From Octopus bimaculoides (Eukaryota), in contig NC_068987.1 of NCBI RefSeq assembly GCF_001194135.2, positions 75,140,242 through 75,175,500 on the forward strand: a stretch of DNA of 35,259 bases, written 5' to 3'. Both the position numbers and the translations under genes were made by a program. Shown piece after piece: positions 11,642-23,167 of this stretch; position 1 is the stretch's first letter, and each line of letters begins with the position of its first letter. The notes beneath the pieces are model-generated. The model was not told the DNA's origin and made no database searches. It was given only the letters and a program-made list of their open reading frames with translations.

Positions 11642-12179
11642 TATCTGTAACCCCAGATAGAACGTCTTTCACCATGTCTACTTATTGTTTGAATCTGCCA
11701 GAATGTATTAAGAAAGACTATGTAGGTTGTCATTTTGATTTTCGCTGTTTTCCATGCATGTGACAATTTTTTTATTGGTTTGGTAGACATCAATATGCAT
11801 CAGCAAATAATTTGTTTGCTGATTTCTATAAACAAGAACCAAAATTTTTGCTTAGATTCATTGGTTTCAAGGTACTTTGGTTGAAGAGGTACAACCAGGT
11901 CGAAACACTAAGGTATCTCAACGTCCCCTTACTTCAATGAATTGAGTGCGTTGGGAATACACATTGTCTGAAAGAAGTTATTTATTCTTCATAGACAAGA
12001 TACAACAGTGATTAGCACACCCATATTTGAATCTGCTGGAATTTATTAAGAATTTGTATGAACGTTATTCTTTTGATTTTCAGTTTTGTTATTTGCTTAA
12101 TTATCATACTGAATTGACAAACTTTCCCAAATAACCCTACTTACAATCATCCTAAAGTTCAAAAAACAGAAAAACTTAC

Positions 12180-12487
12180 TGGAGGTGATGCAGGAATGCG
12201 ATGTTCTGGAGCAGTCACAGCTGCAGTCAGACACAACCAAATCATTACAACTGCACAGAATAAGACCAAAGCAGTCAACAATATTCGAGGTAGCCCAAAT
12301 TTTAGAGAAAGGCAGGCCAACCAATCTGCATTCTGTCCATTGACATCATGCAGAGAAATGTTCAATTCTTCATCGTCATCACCATTCTGACTGTTAACAG
12401 CATGCAGCTGTGAGTTCTTCAATTGTGGTGTGGCCACATTGTTGCCAGATTCAATGTTTGTCTCCAAATAGTTTGAAGTACGGTATT
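12180..12487 (-). CDS. TMEM59: TMEM59-like exon containing the transmembrane helix (308 nt, phase 1 to 0)
   Basis: Acceptor tatatttcag and donor gtaagt. Encodes (E)YRTSNYLETNIESG...NADWLACLSLKFGLPRILLTALVLFCAVVMIWLCLTAAVTAPEHRIPASPP, matching human FLRCLSLNSGWILTTTLVLSVMVLLWICCATVATA. Confidence 0.95.
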
Positions 12488-12810
12488 CTGAAATATAAAG
12501 AAAAAAAAGTAGCTAGTAAAATAAACAAAAGGAAACCTTTTGCTAAGTAGAGTACATCCAAGATTATAGCATTCAATTTGTCCTTTGTTATTTGAAAAAT
12601 TTGGCAGCTACTTTTAACAGGCTGAACAACCACGCACAGCAAACAAATCTTGACATGTTACTCACTGAGCAAACAAAAAAGCTAGAGACTTAAATGATGG
12701 CAACACAGGGCAAACTGTGTGCATCTTTAGATGTGACAATAACCAAGGAAAAAACTATTTTAGTAGGAGAATAGTTTAATTATTGTTTAGGCCATAATAA
12801 CAACAAATAT

Positions 12811-13034
12811 TTACTCTTTTACTTGTTTCAGTCATTTGACTCCAGCCATGCTGGAGCACCACCCTTAGTTGAGCAAATCGACCTCAGGACTTATTCTTTG
12901 GAAACCTAATACTTATTCTATCGGTCTCTTTTGCCGAACCGCTAAGTTACGGGGACGTAAACACACCAGCATCGATTGTCAACCGATGTTGGGGGGACAA
13001 ACACAGACATACAAACATATACACACACACATAC

Positions 13035-13073
<39 letters not shown>

Positions 13074-13237
13074 CGACGGGCTTCTTTCAGTTTCCGTCTG
13101 CCAAATCCACTTACAAGGCTTTGGTCAGCCTGAGGCTATAGTAGAAGACACTTGCCCAAGGTGCAATGCAGTGGGACTGAACCCAGAACCATGTAGTTGG
13201 TAAGCAAGCTACTTACCACACAGCCACTCCTGCACCT
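12811..13237 (-). mobile_element. Near full-length tRNA-head SINE, family C
   Basis: Head ggtgcaggagtggctgtgtggtaag...gggttcagtccc, then CORE-like ccttgggcaagtgtctt, an internal (TA)/(TG) microsatellite, and tail gactgaaacaagtaaaagagtaa. Partial copies at about 5030-5190, 7180-7300, 18765-18890, 19215-19330, 22850-23060, 24715-24850 and 25260-25500. Confidence 0.85.
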
Positions 13238-13465
13238 ATTTATATTGGCCAAACCATTAGAACATGCCTTGCAGTATTTCTTCTAGTATTTTGAGTTCAA
13301 ATCCTATCGATGGTTACAGTACCATTAATCCTTCCAGAGTTGATAAAATAACTGTATGCCTGAACAAACGGCATAATGGCCACAGCTGGAACATTTTCGA
13401 TTATGGGTTAGATAAATCAGGTATGGGATTAAACAACGATGAAGTCAAAGACTGTACAGACTTAC

Positions 13466-13673
13466 CATCACCATCACTGTCAAAGCCACGGTACTCCACA
13501 TAAACCTTAGGTTTTGATCGCATCACAATAAGATTACCATTATCTCCTTGCATATAGAAAGACCAACTGATGCTCATCTGTCTGTAAACCCTGTGTATCA
13601 TGTTGCTGTACAGTCCATGTACATACATCAGTGGGTAGAGAAGATGAATGCGAGGTTCAGATTCCTCATCCTT
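13466..13673 (-). CDS. TMEM59: TMEM59-like exon (208 nt, phase 0 to 1)
   Basis: Acceptor attttag and donor gtaagt. Encodes KDEESEPRIHLLYPLMYVHGLYSNMIHRVYRQMSISWSFYMQGDNGNLIVMRSKPKVYVEYRGFDSDGD, matching human MHLLFPL...SSWTFYLQADDGKIVIFQSKPEI. Confidence 0.95.
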
Positions 13674-15584
13674 CTAAAATTACATAAAATGATTGAACAT
13701 ATTATAACATTGATATAACTATAGAGCTTTTATACACACACACACACACATATATATATATAGGTTAAAGTAAAAAGGAGAGGCAAACAAATTGGTAAGA
13801 CTTGACAAGGATATTTATTTTAATTTAGTTATATAATGAAAAGTAGAAATAGTCTCTGATGGCTATTTCTGGGATATCCCAACTATTGGGACATCATGCA
13901 GAGCAAAGACTCCATAAGCTGAGTGTCCTGTCATCAGAGAGAGAAAAAATATATGTAATAGTGGAATAAAAGTTCATCATCAATGGTAGTTGTGGTTCTT
14001 CAAGCCCAGAGAGGGAGGAGATATCCAAACAAGCCCAATTAGAACCAATGAGACTGGGTACTCGTCAGGTAAATCCATGGTCAGAGAGAATGGTTAGATA
14101 GTAATCCATTGTGAAGGGGGAAAAAATGGATGTTAGCAGTTCCAACTGATTCAAAGGGGGGAAACACTTCTAGTCAGTTTGGATAAGGTAATCACAAGAC
14201 CACAACTTCAACTGCTGTTCACACTAGAATTTTAGTGGCATACCTATTGGGTTGAGTCACCCTGACAAAAACTCCTTGTATCTTTTTATATATTTATATA
14301 TATAAATAAATATATATATAGTTCCATTTCTGAGGTTGTTAATAAAAGCCGAGGAAAGTGCTGATGAAATATATACTAGTTATGAACTAGGGGTGTTAAA
14401 ATATATAGTGGTTATACATTGTGGAAATTGATGGAATATGTATTAGTTTATGAGGTATATTCGATTGAAAGAAATTTAACAGTATTTCAACTCAATCTTT
14501 AAAATTCATTATCTATCAATTCAAATGCAACAATTAGTTTTAAGATCTGAACTTTTAACCTTTTACATCAGCAATCTATTTGCCTTGTCTTAGTTCAACT
14601 TATGAATGTAAGAACATTAAGAAAAACTTGACAGCCTCAATTCAAAATGCAACTCATTCCTGAATGTACAACAGTTGTGGTAATGATTACATCATAACTG
14701 CCTTAGAGGAAAGATAAAGTGGGTTCAATCAGTGCAGAAATATTGGCTCACAGTGATTTACTGATTCCATGTGTGTGTGTCAGTACCGCCTGACTGGCTC
14801 CCGTAGGATTTTCGAGTGAGATCGTTGCCAGTGCCCCTGGACTGGCTTGTGCGGGTGGCACATAAAAGACACCATTTCGAGCGTGGCCGTTTTCGTGCGG
14901 GTGACACGTAAAAGCACCCACTACACTCTCTGAGTGGTTGGCGTTAGGAAGGGCATCCAGCTGTAGAAACTCTGCCAAATTAGATTGGAGCCTGGTGTTG
15001 CCATCCGGTTTCACCAGTCCTCAGTCAAATCGTCCAACCCATGCTAGCATGGAAAGCGGACGTTAAACAACGATGATGATGATGATGATATATAAGATGA
15101 AGGCTCCATATTTTACATAGAAAGTGAAGAATGATTTTATAGATGAACAATCACTATGGAGCTGAAATGGGTTGCAGAGTTACTTCACTGATAAAGATGT
15201 TTCTTAATCAGAGCAAGGTATGGACCAAAACACACAACTTTTTCGTTTAGTCTGATGTTCTACTGATGATCATTATCAACTCATTCAGGACTGACCCAAA
15301 TGAATTAAATAAGAAAAGGTGTTCTAACCACGACTATATTACTTTTTGTATATTGAAGAGTTTTGGTTGCTATTTTTAACAAACTGAATAACCATGCACA
15401 GACACTTTGATGGTGACTGTTAAACAAATTCTGACTGGTTTCTGAGCAAACAAAAAAGCTCGAGATTTAAATGATGGCAGCACAGGAAGTATGTCAATCC
15501 TTCCACAAAAAGGCTCCTTCGTTAGCTACAAGTGTAGTGTGTGTGTATTCTGTAATCATTTGAATATCTAAAGGACAAAGATAA

Positions 15585-15783
15585 CAGCCTTTGAAAATCA
15601 GTTGGGTCCAGAGGTATTTTGGGTGTGAAACAACTGTCATCAGCAAATATTGAGTGCACTTAGATACACAGGGTTCATATTCTTGATGGTGAGTCTTGCA
15701 TCACTGCAAAGTTTTAGAAGGTTTAGGTCACTAAGTAGCATAATAGATGATCCAGGTTACAGCATCAGTTTATGTGGAGGGGT
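15585..15783 (-). pseudogene. Helitron RepHel PIF1-helicase fragment, decayed
   Basis: TPPHKLML*PGSSIMLLSDLNLLKLCSDARLTIKNM, then after a frameshift FTPKIPLDPTDFQRL. Matches the PIF1 pattern [30 protein letters not shown]...FIPRIPLIPSD...FKRL. Confidence 0.85.
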
Positions 15784-15971
15784 TGCTGCGGACATGTATG
15801 TTACAACGGCACCCACTACAACTCCATTAGGAATTAAGGCCTCGCTCCCCACTACCACTGTATGAAGTATACATTGTTTTGTGTAGTTCTAACACACGGC
15901 TAATAACAGATATCTGTTTATGACAAATGGTTATCTCAGTGTTCAAAGAGTGACAGCATATCTTCATTTAC

Positions 15972-16069
15972 CTCTTTCTCTCGTTGTTCTGCCACAGGAA
16001 GTGCACTGCTGCAACCATGTCGGCATGCAAATTTTTCAGCTGTTGTGTTGGCATATGCTTCATGGCATA
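15972..16069 (-). CDS. TMEM59: TMEM59-like exon (98 nt, phase 1 to 0)
   Basis: Acceptor ctattctag and donor gtaaat. Encodes (V)CHEAYANTTAEKFACRHGCSSALPVAEQREKE, matching human CTEAYSQSDEQYACHLGCQNQLPFAELRQEQ. Confidence 0.95.
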
Positions 16070-17830
16070 CTAGAATAGAATGAGAAGAAAAACAAACAAA
16101 ACAAACCATCATTATCTTTGCAACTCGTTCTGTATGTTAAAAGAATTCAGTCACATAATATGTTGAAGTTTAGCATTTACAGATAGAAGACAAAATGTTT
16201 ATTACTACATTTACATACTGGCAGAGGTACCCATCAGTGCCCAGATATTGTATCAAAGTAATACTGTACAGTGATGATTTCTGCCTAGATAAATTGCTTC
16301 ATAGCATTACTGCATGGACTGAACAGGAGGGACATTTGTAATCCTGGAGTTCTGAGTTAAGTTCTAATCTAAAAGCTAACTGGACTTTTTTACCTTATAT
16401 TTTCGCCTATTACATACACATTACAACAGTTATATCATTCCTGGCTTCTGTTGCTAGATATTATGTATATACACACTTTTTTAGGTTACAGCTTTATTGC
16501 ATACAGCAGGTAATAGAAGATTTATTTATAAAAAAAAAAAAAACCCACTCAATATTGCAAATATGATAACACCAGAATATGGCTGAGTAATACACCAACT
16601 AAAAAACATCAAAATTAATATAAATAGTAACATTAATGAACCTAATTGAAAATAATTAATCTTAATCTCATCTCCGAATGAAGAACAAAGTGAGTAAATA
16701 TGATGTGGGAGAAAATGAGTTGTGCAATCGTGTTAAAAGGTACAAAAGAGTGATTGACAGTGACTGGAACAAAAAGTCAAGGAAGAAGTGGGAGAGTAAT
16801 ACAATGAAGTATTTCCCAGCCTACAAGTTGACATTTTCAGACCAAAATTCACAGCCAAAACAGGTAGGTTGATTTATATGACAAAACAAATTCAGAGAAG
16901 CAAAAACTTCCTTGTGAAATGCAGCAGGATGTGGAAAGATAGTGATTGTGTTTCAGTGTTTATATTATATTTCTACACTATATACTACATTGACTTGTAT
17001 GCTAGAAAACATGGTAGTGAACTATGAATCAAATGACCATCAATGATAGCAGAGGTAGTTGAAATAAGAATAGAGGATAAGGAAGTGATTTGTCATTATC
17101 TAAGAGAGATAGGGTTGGTGATGGTAGCTGAGATAAAAGTAGATGATAAAGTTGATGTTGTTTAGCCCCAGGTCATCCAGAATAGACCAGCTCTAGAAAA
17201 AAACAATTTCAAACACTGATCAACTTTATCGACATAATATATCCAAGATCATTTTCCTAGAGACATGTTTCCTCTTTTTAAGACAGTAGGTTGTGATTTG
17301 AAGGAGACATAGCTACTTTTAGTACATTGACTGATCACATACAGGTTCCCTTGCAGCTCAAAGATGGAAGTAGTTAGAAATGGTCTGATAAACTAGGGTT
17401 CATGGTAGCTGGAAGAGAAATAAATGATGAAGTGTCTGGACATGGTCTAATGGAACTAAAGTTGACAGCTGTTGGATTAAGTGTAGATAATGGGATGATC
17501 ATAGATGGACATAGTCTTACTGAGCTTGATGATAGCAAAGAAGGACAGATGATCAAGTGCTTGGATAGAGAGTTCGGCAATGTACAAAGACAGGCTTCAG
17601 CTACATGAAAAACATGTCCAGTTGGGTGCTATGGATTCAGAGTAACATCAATTTTCTATCAGTGAGTGTGACCTGCTAGAAGTGGCAACCATATCATCCT
17701 CCAATCACATCCTGCCATCGTAAAAAGGAGAGACACATTGGATAATGTAGTTCCGTATCTAGAAATGAAAGAAATATTTTTACATAGTTAATATAAGCTA
17801 ATACAATAAGATTATTTAAGATTATCTCAC

Positions 17831-17930
17831 CATTAAAGCATTCCAAGTTTGTGTCATTAAGTCTCTGGAAACTATGACTCAACTTGCAAACATAAAACAA
17901 ACGACATCCTCTCCGGCAAGCATTGAGGTT
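17831..17930 (-). CDS. TMEM59: TMEM59-like, first visible coding exon (100 nt, phase 0 to 1)
   Basis: Acceptor ttttacag and donor gtgaga. Encodes NLNACRRGCRLFYVCKLSHSFQRLNDTNLECFN, matching human LYACQRGCRLFSICQFVDDGIDLNRTKLECES, including the N-glycan sequon (LNDT vs LNRT). Confidence 0.95.
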
Positions 17931-18255
17931 CTGTAAAACATCAAAACAAAACAGTTACAAAAATTGAGCAAAGTGGACATCAACCAATTCTTGAGCCAAC
18001 AAAGGAGTCTTTATGGAGATTATGTAACTTGGATGCTATATCTTAAATTAAACTCTAGATAATCTAGTCCTAGATACAGCCAGAAGAAAAAAAACAAAAA
18101 CAAGATGGTCACAACACAACTCCATATACTATTCATTTGTGAAAATCTAATTGAATTCCAATTAATTCTGATATATTCTCTGTGTATTTTAACTTCATTT
18201 CTTCTTTTCCTCCATTTGTTTGGTTCAATTTCGTTATATATATAATTTTTATTAA

Positions 18256-18740
18256 TCCAAATTCGATGACTGGCACCCGTGCCAGTGGAGCGCTAACAGC
18301 ACCATCTGAGCGTGATCATTGCCAGAGCAGCTGTCTGTCTTCCGTGCCGGTGGCACGTAAAAAGCACCATTTGAGTGTGATCGTTACCAGCGTCGCCTTA
18401 CTGACACTTGTGCCAGTGGTACATGAAAAAACATTTGAGCGAGGTCATTGCCAGTGCTGCTGGACTGGCTCCTGTGCAGGTGGCACGTAAAAAACACCAT
18501 CTGAGCATGGCCACTGCCAGTACTGCCTGACTGGCCCTCGTACCAGTGGCACGTAAAAGAACCCACTAAACTCTCGGAGTGGTTGGCGTTAGGAAGGGCA
18601 TCCAGCTGTAGAAACTCTGCCAGATCAGATTGGAGCCTGGTGCAGCCATCTGGTTTGCCAGCCCTAAGTCAAATCATCCAACCCATGCTAGCATGGAAAG
18701 CGGACGTTAAACGATGATGATGATGATGATGATGATGATG
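18256..18740 (+). mobile_element. Family A copy with five ~65-bp units and a long (GAT)n tail
   Basis: Unit starts at 18279, 18344, 18410, 18474 and 18540. Confidence 0.9.
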
Positions 18741-19410
18741 ACATACATACACACACACACACACAATGGGCTTCTTTCAGCCAAGCGAATCCACCCACAA
18801 GGTTTTGGTTAGCCAAGGCCATACCAGTAGACACTTGCCCAAGGAACACACCATGTAGTTGGAAAGTAAATTTCTTACCACACAGCCATGTTTATAAATA
18901 TAAACTTTTGTCCACTGATAAACAAACCATACCTAGAGTGAATAATCCTATATCAGTTTCAATGACAAGCCTTCAAATGTTTGATCACTTGAAAGCCTGA
19001 CTCCTTGAATTAACATTTGCACATGGTTGTGTATTCAAAAAGTGCTTTTTACATGCTACTTAAGTGACACCAGCATTGGCCACATTGCCTCCATGAGGCC
19101 CAACACTCAATAGGTGGTTCTCACATGCCACCAGCATGGGTGCCAGTTACACAATACTGGCATCAGCCATGACTACAATTTCACTTGGCAGAATTACAAC
19201 TACAATCCATTTGACAGGCTTCTGCACAGTTTTCTTTCAACAAATTTTATTCACTGTCTGGATCGGCCCAAGGCTTTGGTAGAAAGACACTTGCCTAAAA
19301 TACACCACAGCAGGATAGAACCTGAAAAATGAACTTTTTAACCATCTGGACAGGTTTCATTCATTATATGCAAATATTGACCAAAATATTACGACAAACA
19401 CAGTTCATAC

Positions 19411-19667
19411 ATGAGGAGCTTACTTTCAAATCCAGTGTAAGTGCATCTTTGGTCGATTTCATGATAGCCATTAAAACAAAATCTACAAACTGCTGGCTTC
19501 ACGCACATGAAATTTTTTTTCGGTCAAACTAGGATGGATGCCATATAGAAAAAAAGGCGAATTTTAGTCTTCCAATCAAAATCAGATATACTCAAGTAGT
19601 TGTTTTAAACAATTACTCAGAAGTCATTCCGAATACATATATCTGGTTTTGAAAGTAAGCTCTTTCA
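19411..19667. mobile_element. Mariner-like MITE
   Basis: Terminal inverted repeat with a 19/20 core (19416-19435 vs 19643-19662) around about 200 bp of non-coding DNA. The TA target duplication is not clean. Confidence 0.55.
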
Positions 19668-20357
19668 CAAATGCACATGTATGTATACACTGGTACACAA
19701 CTTCACACATTAAATGTACACTCTCACACACATAAAATATATGTACACAGATACTCTGTGTGCGTGTGTATATATATATATATACATACATACATACACA
19801 CACACACTCACACAAATGGTATTGGTATGAGGAAAATGGTTGAATTAAATTTATTTCAAATGACAAAGTTGAGAATCAGAAGAGAAATTGTTTAAACAAA
19901 ATATCGATCAAGTGAAATACATCTTACAATCTTATATTGCATCATATCGCAGCTGTCATTTATAGAAGTGGTACAAAGCAACCAGGTCAGATAAACAGAA
20001 ATTCAAAGACATGCATGCTGTGGTCCACACACACACACACACACATTAGAACATTAAGATATATCAGCCAGTATACTTCCTCCTTGTCTCTGTAACACAA
20101 TTATAATAAGGCTTCATGGATTCACCTGGAGTTCATTTCTACTGTCACAACATGAAAACTAACAAAGCAAGCTCTTTCACAAATACACTGGTATATATAC
20201 ACTGGTACACAACTTCATACATTAAATGTACACTCTCACACACATAAGACATGTATACAAATACACACAAAATGTATGTACACAGACACTGTATGTGTGT
20301 GTGTATACATACATATTCATACACACATGTACACACACACACACTCACACAAATGGT
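19657..20357 (+). repeat. Direct duplication of about 165-190 bp (19657-19820 and 20169-20357)
   Basis: Both copies start aagctctttcacaaat, share acactggtacacaacttca.acattaaatgtacactctcacacacataa, and end cactcacacaaatggt. Confidence 0.9.
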
Positions 20358-20959
20358 CACTCAAAAGATCACTCAACTGGCTTGAAATAGCAGTTAAATG
20401 TCCTCAAATCACACAGAGTTGTCTTTAAAAAAGGAGGACTACACTGGATAACATAATTTTAGATACACTGTGCTTGAATAATGACAGATGGCCTTGGATA
20501 GAACATCCCACTCCTATTTGGCCGATAGAAAGTGTGTGTGTGTGTGTGTGTGTGTGTGTTAGTGTGTATTTAAATAAGAGGAAAATGTACTGAATACATG
20601 TAATGGAGTTTATTAAATTATTTGTCTAAAACTGAAGCTTCACTGAGTTGCTAGCTGGAGTTTGTCCAAGGACATAAAAGAAAAAGTGAAACAGAGTAGT
20701 AACAGAATGAAGCCCCCCAGCTTTGGAAAATTGAAAATATACATGTCACCAATATTGTCATTGTCATATCAGCTTTTTCCATGCTAGTATATATTAATAT
20801 AGCTATATGTGAGATCAACAGCTGGGTGCTTTACTTCAATCACTGCAACATTTAATACCTAGTGTCAACCAACACATGAAACTATTGAAAAATCAAACCA
20901 TGCAACAGCTTCACAGTTAATATTTTACTTATTGATTTGCAGTTAAATATATTTAATAA

Positions 20960-22231
20960 CTAGCAGAAATACCCGGCTTTGCCCGGGTTAAAGAGAATAA
21001 TGAAATCTAAAAACGCCGTCTAGACTACGCAACCCTCAACTGTTAGTAGCTACGATACCATATTTCTACATTATTAACTCTCCAATCCATGCCAGCATGG
21101 AACATAGACATTAAGTGGAATGCCAGTCTCTCATCTAGGAGGGCCTTGAAATCAATGTTACCAACTGGGGACTATGTGTGTTGCAGTGATAATAAAAAGA
21201 CCCAAAGGAGGTCTGCAACGAAATAATTTTACTCAACACTTTGCAAGTGAATCAGTAGAGGCAAAGATGCGTCTCATTTACTTGACAATTTATGCACCAC
21301 ATTGCAGAAATCACAATGTAAGTATATCTGAAAGGGTAGTCTTACACCGTTGTACCGTTNNNNNNNNNNNNNNNNNNNNNNNNNNNNNNNNNNNNNNNNN
21401 NNNNNNNNNNNNNNNNNNNNNNNNNNNNNNNNNNNNNNNNNNNNNNNNNNNNNNNNNNNNNNNNNNNNNNNNNNNNNNNNNNNNNNNNNNNNNNNNNNNN
21501 NNNNNNNNNNNNNNNNNNNNNNNNNNNNNNNNNNNNNNNNNNNNNNNNNNNNNNNNNNNNNNNNNNNNNNNNNNNNNNNNNNNNNNNNNNNNNNNNNNNN
21601 NNNNNNNNNNNNNNNNNNNNNNNNNNNNNNNNNNNNNNNNNNNNNNNNNNNNNNNNNNNNNNNNNNNNNNNNNNNNNNNNNNNNNNNNNNNNNNNNNNNN
21701 NNNNNNNNNNNNNNNNNNNNNNNNNNNNNNNNNNNNNNNNNNNNNNNNNNNNNNNNNNNNNNNNNNNNNNNNNNNNNNNNNNNNNNNNNNNNNNNNNNNN
21801 NNNNNNNNNNNNNNNNNNNNNNNNNNNNNNNNNNNNNNNNNNNNNNNNNNNNNNNNNNNNNNNNNNNNNNNNNNNNNNNNNNNNNNNNNNNNNNNNNNNN
21901 NNNNNNNNNNNNNNNNNNNNNNNNNNNNNNNNNNNNNNNNNNNNNNNNNNNNNNNNNNNNNNNNNNNNNNNNNNNNNNNNNNNNNNAAATGTGATTGTTT
22001 CAGTTAGTAGAATAGTTTCATTTTTAAAGTGAAAGTATTTGACATGAGTGTTTTTGTTTCACTTTTGACACGTAATACTTAAATAGTGGAGGAGATATTA
22101 TGTTGCCGTGGGCTCTAACTCTGCAAGAAGTTAAAATTTTTTTTGACTAAAACACAACTGGAACCCTAAGTAAGGCATCTGTAAAATTTGAATGAAATTG
22201 GTTGCGTAGTTCTCGAGTTTTAGGGATTCAC

Positions 22232-22262
<31 letters not shown>

Positions 22263-22296
22263 CACACACACACATTCTCATTTTTATATATATAGA
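20960..22296 (-). mobile_element. Non-autonomous Helitron with canonical termini; spans the gap 21360-21987
   Basis: On the minus strand: A|TC 5' end at 22296 followed by TATATATATAAAAATGAG and (TG)/(TCTG)n. The 3' end has the GC hairpin ACCCGG-6nt-CCGGGT (20971-20988) 7 nt before CTAG|T (20960-20963). Confidence 0.8.
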
Positions 22297-23167
22297 TATC
22301 AATGAAAGCTTCATATTGAACTGTTATCACCACAGTTAATAAAGTTGTTGCAGAGCTGCATTTTTATACATAACCTTTGTGTGTGTGTGTGCTTGTTTGT
22401 GTGAGTAATATGGGCATTCCTCTGAGCACACGGAGGCTCAAAAGTGGGAAGTAAAATCTATGTGAAGCAGCAAAGATCACAATTGAGTAATAACTGTCAG
22501 GATTACATGAAAGATTTTGTATGTTTTTGGAGAAGGAAGATAAAAGAGGTAATTTCAAGTAGAAAGTTACAGCCAACAAGTTCAGAAGGAAATATATAAG
22601 TGCAGCAGAAGTTGATGGGTATAACATTTCTGAAGCCCTTAATATCACCATCCTATCTGTCTGTTTGTCTCTCTATTTCTCTCTCTCCCTATCTCTGTTA
22701 CTTACTGCAAAATATGGAAACACATGAATTCCAATGATTAAAATTATAGTTCTTGCATATCTCATACTTACCATAAATTCATCCTACTGTAATATTCATC
22801 GCATAATACATAAAAACAACTACACTAAAAAAAAAAAAAGAAAAGCAAGCATGGCTGTATAGTAAGAAGCTTGCTTCCCAACCACATGGTTCTGGATTCA
22901 GTCCCACTGCATGGCACCTTGGGCAAGTGTCTTCGGGCTGACCAAAGCCTTGTGAGTGGATTTGGTACACAGAAACTGAAAGAAGCCTGATTGATTGATT
23001 GATGGATGTATGTACGTACATACATACATACGTATACACACACACACACACACACACATATATATCGTGACGTATATTTGCCACCTAAATGTGGCTAACC
23101 CTTAAGAGTCAATGCTACTGTAGCTTGTAGCCCCAGGAGTACACCTCCTCCGGCTGGCTATTGACAC

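Noticed and set aside
11530-11763. Listed 77-aa ORF as a gene or retrocopy
   Set aside because: The recognisable protein signal in its first half (hAT BED finger) is in the other two + frames.
14355-14400. Hammerhead ribozyme (CTGATGA followed by the hairpin ctagtt-atg-aactag)
   Set aside because: No GAAA after stem II and no closing stems. The other CTGATGA sites checked (about 13930 on -, 15263, 25868, 29476) also fail.
16678-16872. 64-aa ORF as a gene
   Set aside because: No splice or family support. At most a very decayed RTE C-terminus.
17000-17610. Possible CR1/L2-type remnant split by a family D copy
   Set aside because: No motif could be recognised with confidence.
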